Assembly: GCA_963578565.1 (NCBI GenBank)
Contig: CAUZCX010000002.1
Location: 1-55,113 of the forward strand
Direction: 5' to 3'
DNA length: 55,113 bases
Source: Anaerolineae bacterium
GTDB lineage: Bacteria > Chloroflexota > Anaerolineae > Anaerolineales > UBA11657
Both the position numbers and the translations under genes were made by a program. Of the stretch, positions 1-8,928 are shown piece after piece (the first letter of the stretch is position 1; the number at the start of each line of letters is the position of its first letter). Under the pieces are notes generated by a model, which was not told the DNA's origin, did no database searches, and saw nothing but the letters and a program-made list of their open reading frames with translations.

Positions 1-1
1 G

Positions 2-745
2 GTGGCAAAGCGTTTCCTGTCATCAGCGGGAGCGCGGGCCACATTGATGCACGCGTCATTTGTGGAAATGGCCCGCTGCGCACAGGATTTGGGCTGGAAG
101 CGGGTGGATGGCATTTTACTGGATCTTGGGTTGTCCTCCCGGCAGCTTGAGAACGGCAGGCGGGGATTCTCGTTTATGCGTGAGGGGCCGCTGGATATGC
201 GTTTTGACCCGACCTCAGGCATGAAGGCGGCGGAGATAGTTAACTTGTGGACACAGAATGAGATCGCGCAAGTGCTCTCCGAGTTTGGGGAGGAGCGTCG
301 AAGCAAGAGGATTTCTCAGGCGATGGTGCAGGCACGTCCGATTGACAACACGCTGGATCTGGCGCGGATAGTTGCCGAACAAAAGAGTGGAAAAATAAGA
401 GGTAGGCGGCATGCAGCAACAAAGACATTTCAGGCATTGCGAATGGCGGTCAACGCGGAACTGGATGCACTTAAAGATGCCTTGCCTCTCGCTCTGGGCT
501 TACTTGTGCCTGGCGGGAGACTGGCGGTGATAGCGTTTCACTCGTTGGAAGACAGGATAGTGAAGCAGGTCTTCCGGCGTGAATCTCGGGATTGCCTTTG
601 CCCACCGGAACACATTGTGTGTGCATGTGGGCACCGCGCTAGCATTCGCCAAGTAATGCGCCGGCCGATACAACCAACGACTGAGGAGGTTATTCAAAAC
701 CCGCGCAGCCGGAGCGCGAGATTACGTATAGCCGAGAAACTCTAG
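2..745 (+). CDS. rsmH: 16S rRNA (cytosine1402-N4)-methyltransferase RsmH, 5'-truncated by window edge
   Basis: ORF is open to the window edge. RsmH-like motifs GILLDLGLSSRQLE, RGFSFMREGPLDMR and AFHSLEDRIVK are present. It is the first gene of a dcw cluster. Confidence 0.85.
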   Translation: MAKRFLSSAGARATLMHASFVEMARCAQDLGWKRVDGILLDLGLSSRQLENGRRGFSFMREGPLDMRFDPTSGMKAAEIVNLWTQNEIAQVLSEFGEERRSKRISQAMVQARPIDNTLDLARIVAEQKSGKIRGRRHAATKTFQALRMAVNAELDALKDALPLALGLLVPGGRLAVIAFHSLEDRIVKQVFRRESRDCLCPPEHIVCACGHRASIRQVMRRPIQPTTEEVIQNPRSRSARLRIAEKL

Positions 746-775
746 GAGCCAGTAAGGTTGAGAAAGGTAATCAAA

Positions 776-880
776 ATGGAAAGGTATTTGTTGTCACCCG
801 TATTGCGTACCATGGTGTTCATTGCGATTGATACCATGTTGGTGTTGCTCATTATGCAGCAGCTGCGCCTGGTAGACTGA
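776..880 (+). CDS. Possible 34-aa small membrane peptide (MERYLLSPVLRTMVFIAIDTMLVLLIMQQLRLVD)
   Basis: ATG preceded by GAAAGG. One hydrophobic helix. Lies in an otherwise unexplained 275-bp gap between rsmH and the ftsL-like gene. Too short for the ORF track and there is no homology evidence. Confidence 0.2.
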   Translation: MERYLLSPVLRTMVFIAIDTMLVLLIMQQLRLVD

Positions 881-1020
881 GGGCGAGTATGGCTCCTGCC
901 GGACGCTGAATTAAAGATATACATGGCATAGACCTTGCATTCATCCTTCAGGGTATCCAGGGGGTGTGCAGCCAACCTGTTAGTCAGCTTGGTCCGTTTT
1001 CGAATCTTAGGGAGGTTCTG

Positions 1021-1509
1021 ATGGTTGTACAGGCAAGAGACAGGGTGGAAGGACAGCATCAGGCGTCGTTTGGACGGGCTTTTCGCCAGGCGCCTTGGCG
1101 AAAGCACAGACAGATTCTTGCGCCGCTTGCTATCGCCATGTTCGCGTCCGCGTCATTCGGCGCTGTCTATCTAGCAGAGACCTCGCGTGCAGCAGTGACC
1201 GGAAGGAATGTACAGAGGCTGCGCCTTCAGGTGGAGAAGCTTGGTTTTGAGAATGATTTGCTGCGCGCGCACAACGCCGGCGTTCAGTCGGCGGCAGCGT
1301 TAATTAAGCGAGCGCAGCAGCTTGGTTATAAACCTCTCCAGATCGACCAAATAGAGTTCATGGAAGTGGCCGGTTTCTCCCTCGAAAATATGCCCCGTGT
1401 TCATCCGCAGCAGGATGAACATGGGGAGCAACCCATTGATCCTTATGACGAAACTCTTGCTCACTGGGTGATGCGTCAACTGCCTAAGTGGGGATTCATG
1501 GGCGAATAG
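1021..1509 (+). CDS. FtsL-like cell division protein (single TM plus coiled coil)
   Basis: GGGAGG Shine-Dalgarno (SD) 5 nt before ATG 1021; the ORF track starts earlier, at 964. TM segment ILAPLAIAMFASASFGAVYLA is followed by the heptad-like stretch LRLQVEKLGFENDLL. Canonical position between rsmH and ftsI. Confidence 0.55.
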   Translation: MVVQARDRVEGQHQASFGRAFRQAPWRKHRQILAPLAIAMFASASFGAVYLAETSRAAVTGRNVQRLRLQVEKLGFENDLLRAHNAGVQSAAALIKRAQQLGYKPLQIDQIEFMEVAGFSLENMPRVHPQQDEHGEQPIDPYDETLAHWVMRQLPKWGFMGE

Positions 1510-1510
1510 C

Positions 1511-3487
1511 GTGCGCAAAGCGTCTTTCCATAACCGCCTCGGCATTGTCACTTTCATTCTGTCTCTGGGTACCCTGTTCGTTTTCTACAGGTTAATTAGT
1601 ATCCAGTTTGATGCTAAAGCGGCCATTATCGCCGATGGCCAACCAGGCATCTTTGAAATGGTGCGACCGCCGCGAGGCCGCATTTACGACCGCGATGGTG
1701 ATTTGCTTGCCACCAATACGGTCTATTACGAGCTTGGGATCGATTACAAAAGCCTTGGCTTCGGAGATGAAAACGAGGATGGTCAGACCGACCATATTGA
1801 CCGGCGTATTGCGCTTGAAGAGGTCGCCCTGGAACTCTCGCGGGTGCTGGAAATGCCGTATGAGAGCCTCAGGCCAATCATTCTAGATGATGTCGGTCTG
1901 GATGGTGGGCAGCTGGCGTACAAGAAACTGATTCCTTATATGGAACACAACCTTGCGCCAGATCTGGAACGGCAACTGCACCGGCTGCTGGATGGGAGCT
2001 ACGGCCCCCCAATTAGCGCCGAACTTGCAGAGCAACTCGGTGTGCTCCTAAATCGGGATTCCGATCCGGATATCAATCCTCTCTCTATGGCTGCCCAACT
2101 GCAGTTGCTGATGGAAAGTTACGGGACAGACCTCAGCAGAGAGGTAAGCGAGCACCTGTGGGCTGTGCTTGCAGGGAAATTCGGCGAGCGATTGCGCTGC
2201 ATTACCGCCAGGCCGGTGCTGTTACGCACATACCCTAATGGCTCGTTGGCTGGGCATATTTTGGGCCTGGTTCTTTATAATCAGACTGGCTATTACGGGG
2301 TCGAGGGTTACTACGATGATATTCTCGGCGGGGACACTGTCCGCACTTTTAAGTCGATTATTCCGCTTGATGTAGGCACTGAGCTGAGGCCTGAAACTAA
2401 CGCTGATGTATATCTCACAATTGATCGTGAAGTGCAATTCCTTGCCGAACAGGTCCTTATCGATAGCATCAATGAATACGAAGCCAGAAGCGGAATGCTG
2501 CTGGTGGCCGATCCAGGTACCGGTGAAATCCTTGCCATCGCAGCAACTCCTGGGTTCGATCCCAACGACATCTCAGCAGTGATTTCCGACACTGAGAACG
2601 AGGGACGCAATCCGGCTGTCAGCGAACAGTTCGAGCCCGGCTCTGTCTTCAAAATTATTACTATGGCAGCCGCGCTTGAATCCGACGTATTCTCACGTTA
2701 TAGCACTTATTACGACACTGGCAAGTTTGAATATGGCGGCATCGTCATTCAGAATTGGGATTACAAAGCACACGAATTGCAAGACATGACCGGACTGTTG
2801 GCACACTCACTCAATGTGGGTGCGGCTACTCTGTCTACCACGCTCGGGCCTAAACGGTATTACGACCTGTTGACGGCGTTTGGTATTGGGAGGTTGACGC
2901 ATGTAGATATTGCCGGCGAGGCATCCGGGCTTCTGAAGCGACCTGGCGACCCCGATTGGCATGATGCGGATTTGGCTACGAATGCGTTCGGGCAAGGTGT
3001 TGCCGTGACCGGGCTGCAGTTGCTCACTGCGGTTTCGGCCGTTGCCAACGACGGTGTGATCATGCAACCGCATCTGCTGCGCGAAATCCGTGAAGGTGAC
3101 ATGGTTTACACGGTGCAGCCGCAGGTGTTGGGTCGCCCGATTTCCGCTGATGTTGCACGAACACTCGCCGATATGCTTGCGACCAGCCTACAGTCGGAGT
3201 CCTCCCTGGCTCTGGTTGAGGGTTACCGGTTGGCAGGTAAAACTGGCACAGCCCAGATACCCATGCCGTATGGATATGACCCCGACCACACCATGGCTTC
3301 CTTCATCGGGTGGGGACCGCTGGAGGACCCGCAGTTCATCATTTACGTCAAACTTGATGAGCCTATGATTAGCCCGTGGGGATCAACTACGGCCGCACCC
3401 ACTTTCTCCAAGATGGTGCGGCGATTGGTAATTCACCTGGAAATCCCTCCCGAGGATATACGTAATCGGCTGGCGGCGAATGGGTGA
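1511..3487 (+). CDS. ftsI: Class B penicillin-binding protein / peptidoglycan D,D-transpeptidase FtsI
   Basis: N-terminal TM. Transpeptidase motifs SxxK (GSVFK), SxN (HSLN) and KTG (GKTGT) are all present. dcw position. Confidence 0.9.
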   Translation: MRKASFHNRLGIVTFILSLGTLFVFYRLISIQFDAKAAIIADGQPGIFEMVRPPRGRIYDRDGDLLATNTVYYELGIDYKSLGFGDENEDGQTDHIDRRIALEEVALELSRVLEMPYESLRPIILDDVGLDGGQLAYKKLIPYMEHNLAPDLERQLHRLLDGSYGPPISAELAEQLGVLLNRDSDPDINPLSMAAQLQLLMESYGTDLSREVSEHLWAVLAGKFGERLRCITARPVLLRTYPNGSLAGHILGLVLYNQTGYYGVEGYYDDILGGDTVRTFKSIIPLDVGTELRPETNADVYLTIDREVQFLAEQVLIDSINEYEARSGMLLVADPGTGEILAIAATPGFDPNDISAVISDTENEGRNPAVSEQFEPGSVFKIITMAAALESDVFSRYSTYYDTGKFEYGGIVIQNWDYKAHELQDMTGLLAHSLNVGAATLSTTLGPKRYYDLLTAFGIGRLTHVDIAGEASGLLKRPGDPDWHDADLATNAFGQGVAVTGLQLLTAVSAVANDGVIMQPHLLREIREGDMVYTVQPQVLGRPISADVARTLADMLATSLQSESSLALVEGYRLAGKTGTAQIPMPYGYDPDHTMASFIGWGPLEDPQFIIYVKLDEPMISPWGSTTAAPTFSKMVRRLVIHLEIPPEDIRNRLAANG

Positions 3488-3499
3488 TTACGAGTAATT

Positions 3500-4939
3500 A
3501 TGCTGACTCTGGGTACCGTAGTTGCCGCCCTGACCGATTCGAGACCCGAGAGTGCGCTTTTGGATCAACCAATAGATGACGTTGTAGTCGATTCGCGCCA
3601 ATCTGGTCAGAAAGCGATGTTTGTTGCGCTGCCCGGAGAGAACACCAACGGCCACCAATTCGTACACCAATCATTTTCCGCCGGCGCAGTGGTGGCGCTG
3701 GTGCAGCAGGATGTGGGTAGAGATTTCAGTGTAGTGGATCTGCGCCGATCACCTCCCGCCGATCAAGATTGGCGGCGAGCGCAATTTCCACTCTGCCTGC
3801 GGGTGGAAGACACACTGGAAGCTCTGCAGCGCGTGGCGCAGCGCTGGCGTGCGCAGCTGGATGTCCGTGTGATCGGGGTGACAGGCAGCGTTGGCAAAAC
3901 CACCACTAAGGATCTGACCGCGGCGGTCTTGGCGCGCCGTTTTCGCACCTTAAGAAGCGAAGGCAATCTGAACAATGAAATCGGACTTCCATTAAGTCTG
4001 TTGCAGCTTCGAGAGCGGCATGAGCGCGCTGTGCTGGAAATGGGTTTCTACAAGCGGGGGGAGATTGCTGTGCTTTGTGAGCTTGCACAGCCACATGTCG
4101 GGGTGATTACCAACGTATATCCGGTTCATTTGGAGCGAGCTGGCACCCTTGATAATATCGCCGCTGGCAAAAGTGAACTGGTGGAGTCACTGCCACCTGA
4201 ACCAGAAGGAGTTGCGGTGCTGAACGCAGATGATCCCGAAGTCATGGCCATGGCGGTGAACACACGTGCCCGCGTGTTCACTTATGGCCTCGATTCAGAT
4301 GCCGATCTGTGTGCATCACACGTCGAGGGAATGGGTCTGAGTGGCATTCGCTTTCGTCTGCATCACCGAGGCGATATTTTGCATGTTCGCGTGCCGCTCC
4401 TGGGACGTCATTCGGTGCATACTGCACTGTGCGCCGCAGCTGTCGGGCTAACGGAGGGGTTAACATGGCAGGAGATTTTGGAGGGTCTACAGGCTCAGGA
4501 TGGGCAGGCACAGTTGCGCTTATACGCGGTGCCTGGCCCCGGGGATAGCATTATTCTAGACGACACTTACAACGCCTCGCCCGAATCCACAATCGCAGCC
4601 CTCAATCTTCTGGATGACCTCGAGGCTCCGAGGCGCGTGGCTGTGCTAGGAGACATGCTTGAACTCGGCTTGTTTGAGCAACAGGGGCACAGAGCGGTTG
4701 GAACGCGCGCATGTGATGTGGCCGATGTGCTCATCACGATTGGGGAGCTTGCGGAGACTATCGCCGATGGTGCCTGTGCTGCTGGAATGCAAGAAAGTGA
4801 GATTACGCGCTGCCGGGACGGCGAAGAGGCGTTAAGGGTTCTGAAAAAAGAGATGAAAGCCGGCGATGTGGTCTTGGTGAAGGGTTCGCGCGGAATGCGG
4901 CTTGACAGGCTGGTAAACGAGTTGGAAACAGAGCCATGA
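3500..4939 (+). CDS. murF: UDP-N-acetylmuramoyl-tripeptide--D-alanyl-D-alanine ligase MurF
   Basis: Mur-ligase P-loop GVTGSVGKTTTKD. C-terminal domain ILDDTYNASPES. ATGA overlap with mraY. Confidence 0.9.
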   Translation: MLTLGTVVAALTDSRPESALLDQPIDDVVVDSRQSGQKAMFVALPGENTNGHQFVHQSFSAGAVVALVQQDVGRDFSVVDLRRSPPADQDWRRAQFPLCLRVEDTLEALQRVAQRWRAQLDVRVIGVTGSVGKTTTKDLTAAVLARRFRTLRSEGNLNNEIGLPLSLLQLRERHERAVLEMGFYKRGEIAVLCELAQPHVGVITNVYPVHLERAGTLDNIAAGKSELVESLPPEPEGVAVLNADDPEVMAMAVNTRARVFTYGLDSDADLCASHVEGMGLSGIRFRLHHRGDILHVRVPLLGRHSVHTALCAAAVGLTEGLTWQEILEGLQAQDGQAQLRLYAVPGPGDSIILDDTYNASPESTIAALNLLDDLEAPRRVAVLGDMLELGLFEQQGHRAVGTRACDVADVLITIGELAETIADGACAAGMQESEITRCRDGEEALRVLKKEMKAGDVVLVKGSRGMRLDRLVNELETEP

Positions 4940-5928
4940 ACACTGAGGGCATCTTTTCGCTGAGCCTTGCCAGCATCACCTTTGCGATGACCGTGATTTG
5001 GGGCGGTCCGTTGCTGGAGGTTCTGCGGCGTTTGCGCGTCGGCAAGCGAATCCGCGTAGATGGGCCGCAAACGCACTTCTCCAAGATAGGGACACCCACT
5101 ATGGGGGGACTGCTGGTGATCGTGCCGGTGTTGGTGATTACTGCGGTGCTGAACTTGGTCAGCCTTGTTAAGGTAGTAACCGGCCCTTCGATCCTTTTGC
5201 CGTTGGCAGTATTGGCGGCATTTGGAGTTCTGGGCATGTGGGACGACTGGGCTGGGTTGAAGGCCACTCGACTTGGCGAGGGATTGCGAGCACGCTATAA
5301 GTTCATTGTTCAGGTGCTGATTGCACTTGGCGCGGTCCTTGTATTGTATTTTGCGTTCGATATTCACAGCGTGGCGTTGCCTGGGTTCCCGCGTAAAGTG
5401 GACATAGGCTTGATTTACATTCCGATAGGCGTATTCATCATAGTGGGAGCATCGAACGCGGTCAACATCACTGATGGGCTTGACGGGCTAGCTGGGCTGG
5501 TTCTCGTAACTAATTTCATGGCATTTGGATTTGTGGCGCTGCTGCAGGAACAAGTGTTTCTGGTGCGGTTCTGCTTTACGCTGGTGGGAGCGCTGTTCGC
5601 GTTTTTATGGTTCAACGTGCACCCGGCGCAGCTGTTTATGGGCGACACTGGTTCTCTCTCTCTGGGGGCTTTGCTAGGTGTTGTGGCATTGATGACCGGG
5701 CAATGGCTGCTGCTACCGGTCATCGCAATTATCCCACTGGCTGAGACAATTTCGGTCGCTTTGCAGGTTCTGTATTTCAAATGGAGTGGTGGTCGGCGCT
5801 TGTTTCTGATGGCACCCCTGCATCACCATTTTGAGCTTCGGGGCTGGAGTGAGACCCAAGTGGTTCAACGGTTTTGGTTGGTGTCTATTCTCTCCGGCAT
5901 GGTTGGCGTGGCGTTAGCGTTATTGTAG
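4936..5928 (+). CDS. mraY: Phospho-N-acetylmuramoyl-pentapeptide transferase MraY
   Basis: Polytopic membrane protein with NAVNITDGLDGLA and MGDTGSLSLG motifs and the C-terminal HHHFEL motif. Confidence 0.95.
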   Translation: MNTEGIFSLSLASITFAMTVIWGGPLLEVLRRLRVGKRIRVDGPQTHFSKIGTPTMGGLLVIVPVLVITAVLNLVSLVKVVTGPSILLPLAVLAAFGVLGMWDDWAGLKATRLGEGLRARYKFIVQVLIALGAVLVLYFAFDIHSVALPGFPRKVDIGLIYIPIGVFIIVGASNAVNITDGLDGLAGLVLVTNFMAFGFVALLQEQVFLVRFCFTLVGALFAFLWFNVHPAQLFMGDTGSLSLGALLGVVALMTGQWLLLPVIAIIPLAETISVALQVLYFKWSGGRRLFLMAPLHHHFELRGWSETQVVQRFWLVSILSGMVGVALALL

Positions 5929-5951
5929 GTGCACAACAAAGGAGAATTAAC

Positions 5952-6215
5952 ATGAATATCGGATTACTATGGTTTGACAACGGTTCGCAGCGCTCATTGA
6001 AAGAAAAAATCGGTAATGCTGTAAGTCATTACACACATCGCTTTGGCGACAGACCTACAGTGTGCTACATGCACCCTGACACGCTAGATGCAGATTTTAA
6101 TTCCTTCAAGGGAGTACGGCTTATGACAGCCATCAACGTCTTGCCGCATCATTTTTGGGTGGGTATGGAGACCGATCCGCAGCAGCAAGCCAATAGTAAT
6201 GCGCCGAGTAGGTGA
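5952..6215 (+). CDS. Hypothetical 87-aa soluble protein inserted between mraY and murD
   Basis: Strong SD AAGGAG 7 nt before ATG 5952. Its stop overlaps the murD GTG (GTGA). No family recognised by eye. Confidence 0.5.
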   Translation: MNIGLLWFDNGSQRSLKEKIGNAVSHYTHRFGDRPTVCYMHPDTLDADFNSFKGVRLMTAINVLPHHFWVGMETDPQQQANSNAPSR

Positions 6216-7720
6216 TCATTAGCAGTGTGCGCGGGCAAACGGCGGTTGTTCTTGGGTTGGCCCGCCAGGGCATCGCGCTGGCGGGCTACCTCGCTGAGCA
6301 TAGCTTCAGTGTTCGTGCTAGCGATTTGCGACCAGCTGACGCTCTTGGTCCGGCGTTTAAGGCGTTACGAGAACACCAGCTCGATTTTGTATTGGGAGAG
6401 CACCCACAGTCATTGTTGGATGGTGCGGACATCGTGTTCGTTTCAGGCGGTGTGCCAATGGACATCCCATTATTGCAGCAGGCACGTGAGCGTGGTATTC
6501 CACTCTCGAACGATTCGCAGCTTTTTCTGGAGAAAGCGCCATGCAAAGTGGTTGGGGTGACTGGATCAGGAGGGAAGACGACTACCACGCTTCTGGCTGG
6601 AAGGATGGCGGTTGCCTGCGGGTACTTTCGGAACGTCTGGGTGGGGGGAAATTTGGGCAGCCCGCTGCTGGCGGATGTTGATCGGATGACGAGCGAGGAT
6701 GTGGCCATAATGGAGCTGTCCAGTTTTCAACTTGAAATCATGAAGACCAGCCCGACGGTGGCTGCGATATTGAACATTACTCCCAACCATCTGGATCGCC
6801 ATGGGACCATGAATGCATATATGGAGGCCAAGGCGCGTATTCTGAATGGACAGCGTGCTCGTGACGTGGCCGTGCTGGGTTGGGACGATGAGACGGCGCG
6901 TAGGTTGCGTGGGCGTGTTCGGGGCCATTGTTGGGGTTTTGGGTTAGGCGCTGACGAGCGTTTATTGGACGGTTGCTATCTTGATGGTGAAAGAATCATA
7001 CTGAGAAGGGGTGGGGTTTCGGTCCCATTCGCAGAGCGGAAGGACATCCAGCTTCGAGGTGTTCATAACACATTGAATGTGCTCGCCGCCGCCACAGTGG
7101 CTGTGGCTGTCGGGGTCGCGCCGACGGTTATGCCCGCGGTCATACGCGGATTTGAGAGTGAGCCACACCGTCTGGAACTGGTGCGCGAGGTAAACCATGT
7201 ACGTTGGGTGAACGATACCATGGCGACTACCCCGGAGCGTACCATGACAGCACTACAATCCCTCACGGCGCCGGTAATTCTGTTGCTTGGCGGTAGAGAC
7301 AAAAAACTCCCTTGGGACGCCCTGGCCGAACGGGTGAAAATGGGGGTGAAAGCCATTATTCTCTTCGGTGAGGCGGCGGTGATGATTGAGCGTGAATTCG
7401 GGCGGGTGTGGGCGGTCTCTCCGGCGCATATGAACGTGGCGCAGGGTAGGGGAGCACGCATTGCGGATAAAGGATCATGGGTTGAGCGCGAAATTAATGG
7501 CTCAATTGCTGGGACAGCAGCAGATCCTGGCTCTATTCTTACCTTCCCCGCTCTGGTTCGTGTGGAAGAAGGACTGGAGAAGGCTGTGCAGCACGCAGCC
7601 GCCTTAGTAGATGCCGGCGACGTGGTCTTGCTCTCTCCCGGATGTACCAGTTTCGATGAATTCAGCGATGCCTCGGCGCGCGGTGAAATGTTCCGGGAAT
7701 TGGTGCTAGGATTGTCATGA
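6212..7720 (+). CDS. murD: UDP-N-acetylmuramoylalanine--D-glutamate ligase MurD
   Basis: P-loop GVTGSGGKTTT. C-terminal LLSPGCTSFDEF...RGEMF. dcw position. Carries an extra segment of about 50 aa near the C-terminus. Confidence 0.9.
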   Translation: MIISSVRGQTAVVLGLARQGIALAGYLAEHSFSVRASDLRPADALGPAFKALREHQLDFVLGEHPQSLLDGADIVFVSGGVPMDIPLLQQARERGIPLSNDSQLFLEKAPCKVVGVTGSGGKTTTTLLAGRMAVACGYFRNVWVGGNLGSPLLADVDRMTSEDVAIMELSSFQLEIMKTSPTVAAILNITPNHLDRHGTMNAYMEAKARILNGQRARDVAVLGWDDETARRLRGRVRGHCWGFGLGADERLLDGCYLDGERIILRRGGVSVPFAERKDIQLRGVHNTLNVLAAATVAVAVGVAPTVMPAVIRGFESEPHRLELVREVNHVRWVNDTMATTPERTMTALQSLTAPVILLLGGRDKKLPWDALAERVKMGVKAIILFGEAAVMIEREFGRVWAVSPAHMNVAQGRGARIADKGSWVEREINGSIAGTAADPGSILTFPALVRVEEGLEKAVQHAAALVDAGDVVLLSPGCTSFDEFSDASARGEMFRELVLGLS

Positions 7721-8928
7721 GCGTTGGTAAGCATGAGGGGAAGAGTGCCGCAAAAGCTAGGATGAAGGCAAGCCCTGCACATGTGGACTGGCCCTTACTG
7801 CTGGTGACGAGCGCGCTGCTGATTTTTGGGATGATGATGGTATATTCCACAACCTTCGATCTATCATATTATTGGTACGACAACCGCTCCACCATGTTCG
7901 TAAAACATATGTGGCATATGGTGATCGGAGTGGCTGCATTGACTTTCTGCGCGCGGTTGGATTACGAGAAACTGAGGATATCCGCGGTGGCAGTAGGTAT
8001 GTTGCTCCTAACTCTGATCGTGCTAGTTTTGGTGCTAATCTTCGGCATCGATCGTGGCTTGCACTCGGGCTCATACCAACCCTCGGAATTGGCTAAGCTG
8101 GTGATCATCATTTATTTGGCAGTGTGGTTAGCCTCCAAAAAGGAGACGTTGAGAGACTTCTGGCATGGTATGGCCCCGTTCGCCATGGTAGTTGGGCTCG
8201 TGGCGGGCTTGATTGTAATGCAGCCAGACATAAGCGCAGCATCCACCATTCTTGTTATCGGGGCGCTGATGTTCTTCCTTGCAGGTGCGGATATGCTGCA
8301 GCTCGGCGGGGCGTTGGCAATAGCCGCCCTCGCTGGGCATGTAGTGATTCAGTCTTACGCTACCGGGCAGCAGCGCATCGCTGAATATATAGCTGGTCTA
8401 CGTGACATAACCGAGGGCTCCTGGCATGTCTTGCAGGCGACAGTGGCTTTTGTGGATGGCGGCATCTTCGGAGTCGGCCTTGGTGCCGGAAACGGGAAAT
8501 TTGCTTATTTACCGGTGCCGCATACTGATAGCGTGTTCGCCGTGGTAGGCGAGGAACTAGGGCTTGCGGGCAGCCTGCTGCTGGTGGGGCTTTTCGTAGG
8601 GTTGTGCTGGCGAGGGGTGTGTATCGCAGCGCGCACGCAAGATACATTCGGGCAGCTGTTGGCAGGTGGTCTTACTGGTTGGATTGCACTGGAGGTCTTA
8701 GTCAATGTTGGCGTGATTCTGGGCGTATTGCCTTTTGCCGGCAATGCATTGCCGCTTATTAGCTATGGCGGGTCATCGCTCGTGGTGACGCTCGCGGCGA
8801 TAGGGATAATGCTCAGCGTTTCCCGACACGACCCGGATGCCAGGCCCGATAGGGAGAAGAGTGCGAATATTGATTTGCGCCGGTGGAACAGGCGGGCACG
8901 TCTATCCGGCGCTCGCGGCCGTCGATAG
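7717..8928 (+). CDS. ftsW: SEDS-family peptidoglycan glycosyltransferase FtsW
   Basis: About 10 TM segments. SEDS-like motifs (QPSELAKL, PHTDSVFAVVGEELG, LPLISYGGSS). ATGA overlap with murD. Confidence 0.9.
   Translation: MSVGKHEGKSAAKARMKASPAHVDWPLLLVTSALLIFGMMMVYSTTFDLSYYWYDNRSTMFVKHMWHMVIGVAALTFCARLDYEKLRISAVAVGMLLLTLIVLVLVLIFGIDRGLHSGSYQPSELAKLVIIIYLAVWLASKKETLRDFWHGMAPFAMVVGLVAGLIVMQPDISAASTILVIGALMFFLAGADMLQLGGALAIAALAGHVVIQSYATGQQRIAEYIAGLRDITEGSWHVLQATVAFVDGGIFGVGLGAGNGKFAYLPVPHTDSVFAVVGEELGLAGSLLLVGLFVGLCWRGVCIAARTQDTFGQLLAGGLTGWIALEVLVNVGVILGVLPFAGNALPLISYGGSSLVVTLAAIGIMLSVSRHDPDARPDREKSANIDLRRWNRRARLSGARGRR

Noticed and set aside
4567-5367. 266-aa - strand ORF opposite murF/mraY. 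Similar cases: 7063-7782, 14957-15667, 12607-13182 and 16196-16651 on the - strand; 35575-36129, 45320-45934 and 52618-53136 on the + strand.
   Set aside because: All lie antisense to genes with unambiguous family motifs and have no SD or recognisable domains. I treat them as shadow ORFs.
8837-8928. 68-92 nt overlap of ftsW and murG, considered as a frameshift or fusion artefact
   Set aside because: Both proteins are complete with normal termini in their own frames. The overlap only involves the Arg-rich non-conserved FtsW tail and an uncertain murG start (ATG 8837 or GTG 8861).
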